Origin: a virus
Reading direction: 5' to 3' (one strand)
Length of the DNA: 64,000 nucleotides
Virus record (IMG/VR): IMGVR_UViG_3300027575_000001
Span: 1-64,000 of that record
Positions 17,182 through 25,900 of this stretch are shown here, one piece after another. The position numbers and the translations under genes are program-made. Below the pieces are notes generated by a model. It saw only the letters and a program-made list of their open reading frames with translations, made no database searches and had not been told where the DNA came from. Positions within the stretch are counted from its first letter, which is position 1. Each line of letters begins with the position of its first letter.

Positions 17182-17588
17182 TGGCAATCAAATATGGTAT
17201 TCGGGTGTTGGAGTGCGATGAGTGTGGGCATCGCTGGTTGCCCGAAGATAACGAGGCTTTGCCTGGGCAGTGTCCTAGCCGGATGTGCCGATCGCGTAAA
17301 TGGAATGCCAGCGGCAAGATTGTTGGCGAGGCTGCGGCCCAGCTACCAGCTCAGCCGTCGGCGCCATCTAATACCATCGCGGATATCACTGCGCGCCTGG
17401 GCCTTACCACAGCATCGAAGATGCACACACCGAAGCCTGAGCCACTGCCATCTCTTGTCGAAGACGATGAGCCAGACCTGCCGATGTGCATCTACACCGA
17501 GTACGACAGCGAGACTGGTGAGTGGTATCGATGTGGACTTCGGCAACACTCTGGCAAGGTGAAGCACACGCGCGGCAATAGAGTGTGA
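17181..17588 (+). CDS. Zn-ribbon protein, hypothetical regulator
   Basis: MAIKYGIRVLECDECGHRW...CPSRMC. The start is embedded in the operator repeats. Confidence 0.55.
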   Translation: MAIKYGIRVLECDECGHRWLPEDNEALPGQCPSRMCRSRKWNASGKIVGEAAAQLPAQPSAPSNTIADITARLGLTTASKMHTPKPEPLPSLVEDDEPDLPMCIYTEYDSETGEWYRCGLRQHSGKVKHTRGNRV

Positions 17589-17822
17589 CCATCCCGATCC
17601 GCTCCTAATGACCCTCCCACCCGGTCGCGCGCACCGATCACGCGACATCCGACCATCCGACCATCCCCGCGGCAATGCAAAACTCGCCTGCCACAAACCC
17701 AAATCCGTCTCGACGACGCCTCTCCGCAGATGGATGACGTGCACACAAGAGTATGGTCTGTGAATTTCAAAATCTGAAAAAAATAAATACTATGATGCGG
17801 GCAAACGTGAAGTACACTACTG

Positions 17823-18050
17823 GTGATGAACGACACGGTGAAATGGGCGAGACCGAAGAAGGTGCGTCATTGGCTGTACAACGCTGACGTGATAGACGGG
17901 GACAGATTAGCGCACGCTCTACGTGACTCGTTTCCACGGTTGATTGCGGTGGACGGAAAGCCGAGTGAGGAGTTCAGGCCGATCGAGGTATTTCTTCCAG
18001 TAAGGTCGAATCGGTTCGTGAGCCATTTTCCGTCGCGGAGGGCTACATGA
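17823..18050 (+). CDS. hypothetical protein
   Basis: 75-aa ORF (GTG-ATG start) after an AT-rich stretch and the CACTACTGGTG element. Confidence 0.4.
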   Translation: MMNDTVKWARPKKVRHWLYNADVIDGDRLAHALRDSFPRLIAVDGKPSEEFRPIEVFLPVRSNRFVSHFPSRRAT

Positions 18051-18199
18051 GACTGTTCCCGTTGTGGATGTGTGGGTTTCTGGGTCTGCTGGCGGTTGTA
18101 TTTGTCTACCGGGCATCCTGGTGGCTAGCCGCGTTTTTCTTCTTGGCGATGGTGCTGTGGATTGGGAACGAGATCTGCGAGAGGTTGAGGGCGCGATGA
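18047..18199 (+). CDS. 50-aa two-TM membrane protein (not in the ORF track)
   Basis: MRLFPLWMCGFLGLLAVVFVYRASWWLAAFFFLAMVLWIGNEICERLRAR, with ATGA overlaps at both ends. Confidence 0.45.
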   Translation: MRLFPLWMCGFLGLLAVVFVYRASWWLAAFFFLAMVLWIGNEICERLRAR

Positions 18200-18504
18200 C
18201 AACACTTTCGAGACGGAAGTTCTTCGCTCTGGCGGCTGGCGCCGCCGCTGCTCACGCGCTGCCGACCCCGGTGCTGGGGATGGGCGTTGAGCCTGCGGAG
18301 GACTGGGATAACCCAGCGCTGCTCGTGGGCGCCGATCTTCCACCTGCGCGCTTCCCCAAAGTCGGCGATATGATCTTTTGTAGCCGCGGTGGAATCTATG
18401 TTTTGCCAGCGACTGGGTATACGTTCAAGCTATCGAGCGACATCGCCGTCGAGCAGTTAGTGATTACCCACCTGCCTGCTTCTGTCGACAGGACTCGCGG
18501 ATGA
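18196..18504 (+). CDS. small exported protein with a twin-arginine (Tat) signal
   Basis: MTTLSRRKFFALAAGAAAAHALP is an SRRxFF Tat motif plus an h-region. Confidence 0.55.
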   Translation: MTTLSRRKFFALAAGAAAAHALPTPVLGMGVEPAEDWDNPALLVGADLPPARFPKVGDMIFCSRGGIYVLPATGYTFKLSSDIAVEQLVITHLPASVDRTRG

Positions 18505-18713
18505 CTCACGCATTTCTCAAGACTGGCGATCATGTCGAGGCAAAACAGCGCTGCACAAAGCGCGCCTACGCCTCGAGACAGGAGGCCCGGCGCCATATGA
18601 ACCGTGGAGTCGCGCGAAACAACGGCCGTGGGCTCGTGGCTGTAGGCAAAGGCCTCATGAATGTCTATCGTTGTCAGATCTGCGGTTTGTATCACTTGGG
18701 TCATAAATCATGA
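18501..18713 (+). CDS. small basic Zn-binding protein
   Basis: 70 aa ending in VYRCQICGLYHLGH, with an ATGA overlap. Confidence 0.5.
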   Translation: MTHAFLKTGDHVEAKQRCTKRAYASRQEARRHMNRGVARNNGRGLVAVGKGLMNVYRCQICGLYHLGHKS

Positions 18714-18829
18714 AGAAGGTTTTATGTTGGGCGCTCTTGCCTGTCCTGCTGCCGACGGTGTTCCTCGCGGCATTTGTGATCTCGATCATTGAAGTAATCA
18801 GTATGAAAGAAATTGGGAGGCGACAGTGA
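18710..18829 (+). CDS. 39-aa membrane micro-protein (not in the ORF track)
   Basis: MKKVLCWALLPVLLPTVFLAAFVISIIEVISMKEIGRRQ, with ATGA and GTGA overlaps. Confidence 0.4.
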   Translation: MKKVLCWALLPVLLPTVFLAAFVISIIEVISMKEIGRRQ

Positions 18830-20541
18830 AAAAAATCCATCTTGGGATCGCCGAAACTGGCGAGCAGGTCTACATCGACATCCCGATGTTGGTGGCCACG
18901 CGCCTGCTGGTCACGGCGTCATCCGGAGGAGGTAAGTCTGAGACCCTCCGCAGGATTCTCGAAGAGGCTGTCGGCCACATCCAGTGCATCGTCATCGATC
19001 CCGAGGGCGAGTTCTCGACCCTGCGGGAGAAGAAGCCCTTCGTGCTGGTCGGTGAGGGTGGCGAGACAGCGGCGGACGTCCGCACCGCGGCGCTTGTGGC
19101 CACCAGACTGCTGGAACTGAACGCCTCGGCGGTTTGCGACATCTACGAAATGCCCGTAGCTCAGCGCCATGAGTGGGTGAGGCGGTTCCTCGATGCCCTA
19201 GTTCACGCTCCAAAGTCGCTCTGGCATCCTGTGCTCGTTATTGTCGACGAGGCCCATACTTATTGCCCAGAGGCCGGCTACGGCAAGTCGGTGGCCTCCC
19301 AATCGGTGATCGACCTCTGCAATCTTGGCCGCAAACGAGGATTCTGCGCCATTCTCGCCACTCAGCGCCTTTCAAAGCTAGACAAGAACGCCGTAGAGCC
19401 CCTGCAAAACTACCTCCTGGGCCTCACGATGTTCGATGACCAGAAGCGCGCTTGCGAGACCTTCAAAGTGCCTGGCGGTGCGCCGACCCGCGAATTCTCC
19501 CTCGAGCTCGAGCGCCTGAAGGCTGGCCAATTCATCGCCCGCGGCCGCGCTATTACAGGGGACATGCTGAGGGTCCAGGTTCTGCAGGGCGAGACCAGGC
19601 CGCCAAAGACCGGCGCTGCAATGGCTGGCGTTGTTACGCCTACGCCCGAGGCCGTGAAGGCTCTCCTGCCAAAACTCGCTGATCTCCCGCAGGAAGCTGA
19701 GAAGAAAGCCAAGACCGAGGAGGATCTACGTCAAGAGGCCGGCGACGCCAAGCGGCGGATTGCGGAACTCGAACGCCAACTGAAACAACAAGTCCAACAA
19801 TCGAACGCTGAGGAGGTTCAGATGCTAAGAGAAACGCTTGCCCAACTCCAAACTGAAGCCGATGAGATGGAAAAGCAATTGGACGCCTACCAGAAGCGCA
19901 TCAAAAAGGCGGCTGAGATTGCGAAAACTCTCAGCGACACGCTTTCGGAACCAGAACTCGAGAAAGTTGTACGCGCATTCGTAGCGCCAGTTCCGCGCCG
20001 CGCGCCGCTTGCCCCCGTTTCTCGTCCCGCTCCGGCACCGCGCCCGGAAGGAGCCTCCGATGTGGCGATCAAGGCTGGCGCTCGCAGGATGCTTGGGGTT
20101 TTGGCCCAGTGGTTCCCGTCCGGCCGAACCGAGGCGCAGGTTGCGGCCCAGGTCCAGATGAAGAAGTCGAGTGGCACCTGGGGATCCTATAAATCGGTCC
20201 TGCGAATGGCTGGATACCTCGAGGTTGGCGGGGACGGCCTTTGGTACGCGACCGAGGCAGGACGCGATTTCATTGGACATAACGCGCAGGAAATGCCAGC
20301 AACGACTGAGGAGGTTGTCGCTCTCTGGGGATCGAAGCTAAAACGCGGAGCGCGCGCCATGCTCGATGTGCTCGTTGAGCACCGTGGCCGACCGATGAGC
20401 CGTGACGCTCTCGGAATCGCTGTGGATATGGAACCGGGAAGTGGAACCTTCGGGTCCTACCTCTCTGATCTTCGCCAAACTGGGTTGATTGTCACCGACG
20501 GCCAGGGCGTGCGTGCGAACGCGGAAACTTTGTTCCTTTGA
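18826..20541 (+). CDS. FtsK/HerA-superfamily (DUF87-like) ATPase with a coiled coil and two C-terminal winged-helix-like repeats
   Basis: Walker A VTASSGGGKSET, then CIVIDPEGEF, then Walker B VLVIVDEAH. Coiled coil at about aa 285-375. Two ~70-aa repeats share GAR.ML.VL...R...V.M..SGT[WF]GSY.S.LR..G (aa ~415-485 and ~505-571). Confidence 0.7.
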   Translation: MKKIHLGIAETGEQVYIDIPMLVATRLLVTASSGGGKSETLRRILEEAVGHIQCIVIDPEGEFSTLREKKPFVLVGEGGETAADVRTAALVATRLLELNASAVCDIYEMPVAQRHEWVRRFLDALVHAPKSLWHPVLVIVDEAHTYCPEAGYGKSVASQSVIDLCNLGRKRGFCAILATQRLSKLDKNAVEPLQNYLLGLTMFDDQKRACETFKVPGGAPTREFSLELERLKAGQFIARGRAITGDMLRVQVLQGETRPPKTGAAMAGVVTPTPEAVKALLPKLADLPQEAEKKAKTEEDLRQEAGDAKRRIAELERQLKQQVQQSNAEEVQMLRETLAQLQTEADEMEKQLDAYQKRIKKAAEIAKTLSDTLSEPELEKVVRAFVAPVPRRAPLAPVSRPAPAPRPEGASDVAIKAGARRMLGVLAQWFPSGRTEAQVAAQVQMKKSSGTWGSYKSVLRMAGYLEVGGDGLWYATEAGRDFIGHNAQEMPATTEEVVALWGSKLKRGARAMLDVLVEHRGRPMSRDALGIAVDMEPGSGTFGSYLSDLRQTGLIVTDGQGVRANAETLFL

Positions 20542-20596
20542 GCGCGTTATTTTAACTAGAAAAATGTCATAATGGCTTCAATCAGGATGTGCGCCA

Positions 20597-20944
20597 ATGT
20601 TTGACCACGAATTTTCAGAACGCCAACTCCAACAACTCCGAGAGGAACTAAACAAAGCCATGTCAACCACGAACGCAGGACTCGCCGCCCTGCAGCAGGC
20701 CGATCAGGACCTCGCTGCCGCCATCACCGCAAACACCGCCGAAGTAGCCGAGGCGGTCTCCGATATTCAATCACTCAGCTCGCAGTTGAGTGCAGCTACG
20801 AGCGGAGACCCCGATTCAACCGTCGCCACGATCGCGGCCGACCTTGAGACCAAGGTTGCAGCGCTCTCAGCAGCTACGACAGCGCTGACCTCTGCCGTGG
20901 GCCCTGCGTCCACTCCCACGCCGGCGCCGGCGCCAGGAAGCTAA
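20597..20944 (+). CDS. Ala-rich coiled-coil protein
   Basis: 115-aa ORF. A TGTCATAAT extended -10-like sequence lies about 30 nt upstream. Confidence 0.5.
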   Translation: MFDHEFSERQLQQLREELNKAMSTTNAGLAALQQADQDLAAAITANTAEVAEAVSDIQSLSSQLSAATSGDPDSTVATIAADLETKVAALSAATTALTSAVGPASTPTPAPAPGS

Positions 20945-20997
20945 GTTCGTCCCCCCAAACCAGCGGGGCGGCTCAGGTCGCCCTGCAGGACCTTAAA

Positions 20998-21219
20998 ATG
21001 ACCCGCGCCGAACTCAAAAAGCAAGCTCTCGGCCGATTGCGACTCAGTCTGCGTCCTGCAGACCTCGCGCGCGCGGGCCAAATTGCCGACGAGGTGCTTA
21101 TGCCATATCTCAAGCGGGATGAAACTGAGCACGATGGCAAAAAGGTCGTTGCCTTCAATTTTGGCCCACATTCAGTGATGTGGCTGGAACGGAAGATCAG
21201 GGAGAGGCTCAAACTATGA
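20998..21219 (+). CDS. hypothetical protein
   Basis: 73-aa ORF. Confidence 0.45.
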   Translation: MTRAELKKQALGRLRLSLRPADLARAGQIADEVLMPYLKRDETEHDGKKVVAFNFGPHSVMWLERKIRERLKL

Positions 21220-21410
21220 CCATGCACGAGCTCGTCACTGCAGTTCAACAGGACACTGGCCAACCGCGTGAGATGATCCTGCGCCGGGCCCGTGAAGCAT
21301 GGCCAGCCACTATCGACTTTAAAGATGTGCAGGTGCGTCTCCTGGCCGAGCAGTTGAGACGGAGCGAGAATCCGAGGAATCCGACGAGGGTCCTGTCGAT
21401 CGCGCGTTAA
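21216..21410 (+). CDS. hypothetical protein
   Basis: ATG at 21216 overlaps the upstream stop (ATGA). Confidence 0.45.
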   Translation: MTMHELVTAVQQDTGQPREMILRRAREAWPATIDFKDVQVRLLAEQLRRSENPRNPTRVLSIAR

Positions 21411-21930
21411 ATATATACACTTCTCCCTATTTTGTTGATCTTGCTTTTGTTCTGGTATTTGCTTCTAAAACCCCTGACACCCTCAACCTTAGGGGAAAAA
21501 CAACTCCCAAAATGGGTTGAGGATGAAAACGGCTCTTGGCCGTCACCCGACGTTTCCCAGGGGCTCCTGCGTCATACTCGCAGCCTAAATTCAGGAGCAA
21601 GCACCCCAATGCAGGAATCACGGCGCCTGGGGGCTACGATCTCAGCTCCCCCGCCGGTCCACGCTCTTGCACGCTCAGCGGATTACTCTCAGCGTCTCAT
21701 TGCCTGGACAGAGCCCAGGACGCAGAAATGCGCGATGGCAATGTGCAGGCCGAATTTTTCGGGGACATTTTCATCAATCTACTTCCCTGGCGATTGAAGA
21801 ATCGCACGGGCCGTGGCATAATGTCAATAGCGGTGGGAGTTCTTCTCTTCCATCCATCGATCTGCGACCCTGGCCGGCGTCAATCGATTCCCCACCGCGA
21901 CACATGTCCAACCCACAGCGCACGGCAGAG

Positions 21931-21958
21931 AGGCCCCTTAATTGGGGCCTTTTTGTTT
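21931..21958 (+). terminator. rho-independent terminator
   Basis: AGGCCCC-TTAATT-GGGGCCT followed by TTTTGTTT. Confidence 0.8.
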
Positions 21959-21984
21959 CTCCACCGCTGGTGTATATTGGTCCC

Positions 21985-22320
21985 GTGGCCGTCAAGAAAA
22001 TCCCGGTGCCGTTCTGCGATTGGTGCGGCTTGCCGTTCCTGCCGAAGTTTCTGCTGAAAGGCGGGACACGCAACCCGATCTTCGATCATCCGGAGAAATC
22101 AAGGCGCTGCGGGAAATGCAAACGAACGGGGTGGAACGCCGGCCGGATCGATCGTAGACGGAAAGCTGCCAATCTTCAGCCCCTGGCTCTCAGCGAAGAG
22201 GTCGTGGCAGATCTTGAGAAAGCTCCTTTGGCGACTCTTGTCGATACGGCACCCCGCGCGCGCCGCTGCCGCCACGGTCTATTCAACTGCAAAAAGTGCC
22301 AGCCTGCGGAGGCCGCATGA
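21985..22320 (+). CDS. Zn-finger hypothetical protein
   Basis: GTG start 7 nt after a TATATT hexamer. Contains FCDWCG...CGKC...CKKC and has no in-frame ATG. Confidence 0.4.
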   Translation: MAVKKIPVPFCDWCGLPFLPKFLLKGGTRNPIFDHPEKSRRCGKCKRTGWNAGRIDRRRKAANLQPLALSEEVVADLEKAPLATLVDTAPRARRCRHGLFNCKKCQPAEAA

Positions 22321-22646
22321 AAACGATCTGGACAAAGTGGCAGCGCGCCGTTGGGTGCGACAAGAAACTCTGGAGGCGCAGTTGGCGAGTCGAAGTCAAT
22401 AAAACATGGTCAGTCCAAAACGTCGGCCAGAAACCCTTTGCCGAGCTATTTATCCGCGAGTTCATGCCTTATCCTGGCATCATCTTTCGAATCAACATTC
22501 CGACAAAGCGGTCTCCTCGCCACAGTTATCGACAGATAAGCCTGTGCTTCAAAGCCGCCTTCCGATACACAGCATATTGCCGGCGGCGTGCCGCCGAACT
22601 TAAGATGGATCCCTACCAGTTGGCCGGAGCGAAGGAAACCCCGTGA
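22317..22646 (+). CDS. basic hypothetical protein
   Basis: ATG at 22317 overlaps the upstream stop. Confidence 0.45.
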   Translation: MKTIWTKWQRAVGCDKKLWRRSWRVEVNKTWSVQNVGQKPFAELFIREFMPYPGIIFRINIPTKRSPRHSYRQISLCFKAAFRYTAYCRRRAAELKMDPYQLAGAKETP

Positions 22647-22912
22647 GCGATCCAGGCATCCTGCACCGCTATTGGTTTTCCAAAATGACCTGTCCAGTGC
22701 ACGGGAAATATACCGCGCGCACCCACGAAAAGCCGATGAGTCCTGTTCCATGTCCTGAATGTGTTGCAGGTTGGGTGCTTGAAGATCAATGCCGAGGATG
22801 CGGAAAAAATGAAGTACCGTTCGTGAGCAAACCGCGCGTCCCGCAGGACACAAAAGTCGAGTTTATCCACTCAAAGAAAGCTACCCTCCGAAAACGAGGC
22901 CGAGCAAGCTGA
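22643..22912 (+). CDS. Zn-finger hypothetical protein
   Basis: GTG start with a GTGA overlap. Contains CPVHG...CPEC...CRGCG. Confidence 0.45.
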   Translation: MSDPGILHRYWFSKMTCPVHGKYTARTHEKPMSPVPCPECVAGWVLEDQCRGCGKNEVPFVSKPRVPQDTKVEFIHSKKATLRKRGRAS

Positions 22913-22918
22913 ACCCCC

Positions 22919-22928
22919 GTGTTACTCT
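22919..22928 (+). promoter_or_regulatory. late-gene decamer GTGTTACTCT (copy 1 of 6)
   Basis: Ends 6 nt before the GTG start of the tail-fibre gene. No SD sequence. Confidence 0.45.
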
Positions 22929-22934
22929 CACCGA

Positions 22935-25900
22935 GTGAAAAGAGCCATCTGCACCGCCATCTGTCTCTTCATCCTCTCGTGTGCCACGTTCTGCGCCCAG
23001 ACTCCGACTCCAATCCCCGTCACAGGCAACCTGAGCAGCATTTTGGGAAACGGGCAAGCCTACGCAGGCGTCTCGATCCAGCTCTTGAATTGTCCGAGTC
23101 CTGTGTCGATCCCCGGCTATTCGGTCATCGTTCAGCAGGGTTATCAGGTACAGGCAAATCCGTCTGGAGTCGTGAACACAACAGTCTGGTCGAACGACCT
23201 CATCAACTGCAACGGGACTCAAGGAAACAGCGAGTATCAACTCTCCTACGTCGCCAACGGCGCGGTACAGGGAACGCCGCAGTGCTATCAGGTCGTCTCG
23301 ACGCAAACCTGGAACCTCAACACTCAGAGCCCGATCGCATGCACAGGATCAGCGCCCAACCCATATGGGGTTTCCCAAATTATTGCGGGCTCCGGCGTGA
23401 CCATTTCGCCTACGACCGGAAAGGGGAACGTCGTCATCAACTTGACCGGCGGGGGTGGAATGATCTATCCCGGCGCGGGGATTCCAAACTCAAGCGGCTC
23501 TTCGTGGCTTACGAGCTACGGCGTGAATGGCAGCGGCAACGTGGTGCTGACTACGAGCCCTACTCTTGTTACCCCGACCGCCAACACCTATAACGCAACC
23601 ACCGGCTACGACATTAATGGCACCCCCTTCGGCACGGCGAACCTGGCCGACTGGACAAACGCGGGCGTAGTGAACGGGGACTGCGCAGTGTGGAACAGCG
23701 GCACGAGCAAGTGGACGCCGGGGAGTTGCGGGGGCAGCGGGACCATCACGCTGACGGGCGACGTTACCGGATCAGGAACGGGCACGATTGCAACATCCGT
23801 CGTCAAAGTAAACGGCGCGGCTGTTCCCTCTTCGCAGGGCCTCGTGGGCACGAACGGTTCTGGGCAGATCGTAGCCGCCGGAGTTCCAGCGACCAACTTC
23901 AAGCATTGGTTTACGGCGCTGGGAAATACGATAGCCGGAATTAGCGACACGCGTGTGTGTATGCCCGGAGATTCGACATTCTTTGGCGCATATGCGTTGC
24001 CAACCGCACCTAGTACGAGCTGGGCAACCTATGGGCCGGATGCGCAACTCGCCAATGTTTTTCAATCGCAGTACCATATCCTCGCTCAAGCTGCTTCGCG
24101 GTTTGGATCGGGCAGTTCGGTGAGCATCTCTCCTTCGCTGCTGGGTGACGATCCTCGATTCTCCGTGGCCTCGCAATGGACCGCCGACACCACCACTCCA
24201 GTTCCCGGAGGCTATGCGATGGAGGCGACTTCCGCGGGGGACATGGCCTTTACGCCGGTGGAGAATATAGACACGTTCACTATCCATTTCCTGACGGGCA
24301 GCGGGTGGGGCACGTTCGCAGCACACATCGACGGGGGCAGCTCGACTACCCAGAGCACCAACGGAAGCCCTGGTATTGGAACTCTGGTCCTCACCGCTGG
24401 CAGTGTCGGCGTACACACGCTGCATCTCACCTGGTCCAGCGGCGGCGTCGTGAAATGGTGGGGCGCGGAAGGACGCGACTCGACGACCCATCATGTGATC
24501 TTTGAACAGATAGGTAACAGCGGGGCGACTTCAGCCAACTTCAGCGATACGTCGAACGTCTGGGGCGCCGGAGAATCTCTACCGTGGTCCACGCTTGCCT
24601 GCGATCTCGTTGTGCAGGAATCCGGCATCAACGATTGGAATACCTCAGTACCGGTGGCGACCTACAAAACCAATATGCAGACCACGGTTACGGCGCAACT
24701 TGCAGCCGGAGCCGACGTTGCCGAAGTGAGCGGGAACCCCAGCGACACATCACAAACGGGCGTCACTGTTGCCACACAACTGACCTACGTGACAGCGTTA
24801 CAACAAGTGGCGGCAGCGAACTCGAACGCCGGCCTTTCCACGCCGCTGCCTTTCATTAATAACTGGCAGATGTTCGCCGGTCCCGTTGAAGCGGCCAACT
24901 ACGGATATGGCTACGCCCAGAGTTTCGGACAGATGGCCGGAATCGACGGGGGACTGCATCCGAACCTCTACGGATACTATTCAAGTTCGGTTTCGATCGC
25001 ATCTGGCATCCTGACCAATCCATCAACGACGAACTACCAGCTTCAAACCTTTGCGTCCAATCCTTACTGGAAAACAGGATCGAGCAACGTCGAAGTGTAT
25101 TTTACAGATCCTCCGTGGTGGGGGCACTGCGATGGGACAACGGATGACCACGCCGCGCTCGGCAATGCACTCTACTTTTACTCCTCAGCCTTCCCCTCGC
25201 AGACGCCGGGGGCGTTCGCGGTGAACCTGCCATATTCCTACTCGTCTAGCCAGCGCACGTGTCTGATCACGGGCGCTGTGGGGGTCTTCGGCAACAATAC
25301 ATTGAAGGGCAACGGCTCGATTATTTCCTACTCCGGAACAGGCGCTGCGCTCTCAGTTACCGGACTGCAATCGTCAGGTTCTGGACAAAGCATCATGCGG
25401 GCGAAGGTGCAGGATTTGAAAGTTGTGCTGACGGCAGCGAGCGGGTCCGTAACCGGCATTTCTGCTACCGGCAACTTCCAATTGGATAACGTCACAGTGG
25501 CGACGAATGCGACGCCGACCAGCTACACATCGCTGAGCGTGACGGATGCCAGCGCGCCTCCGAACGGTTCGGTGACGAACTCGAGCTTCGACGGGCCGGT
25601 TTCGATTGACGGATCGGCGGGGAATGGCCCGGATACTCAGGCGTCGCTCAACTTCCTCAATGACAAAGTAGGCAGCGGCTCAACCACTATGCCGTCTGGA
25701 AATACTTCAATGGTGACGGTAACGAACTGGCGGGGCGGCATCTTGAATCTCAATTTTCCGTGGATGTACAACGCCTGGTTTCCGAGCAGTTCAACTTTTT
25801 TCAAAATCACAAACACGGCGGCTACAGACTTCGGCAGCTCGGCTGCAATCAATATCAACGCCACGCCGATTTCAGATGGAGGCACGCCGACCCTGCTGAC

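Noticed and set aside
18826-20541. The Walker-type ATPase as the large terminase subunit.
   Set aside because: The core matches the HerA/DUF87/FtsK pattern, not terminase motifs. There is no C-terminal RNaseH-like nuclease half; instead there is a coiled coil plus duplicated wH-like modules. A TerS-like gene starts at 63632, so TerL is expected beyond the right edge.
21828-21900. A tRNA-like segment (GGTGGGAG ... CAATCGATTCCCCACC) that could be an acceptor stem plus T-arm.
   Set aside because: Only about 51 nt lie between the putative acceptor halves, where about 59 are needed. There is no GTTCRANYC T-loop and no D or anticodon arms that fold. I saw no other tRNA-like sequence in the window.
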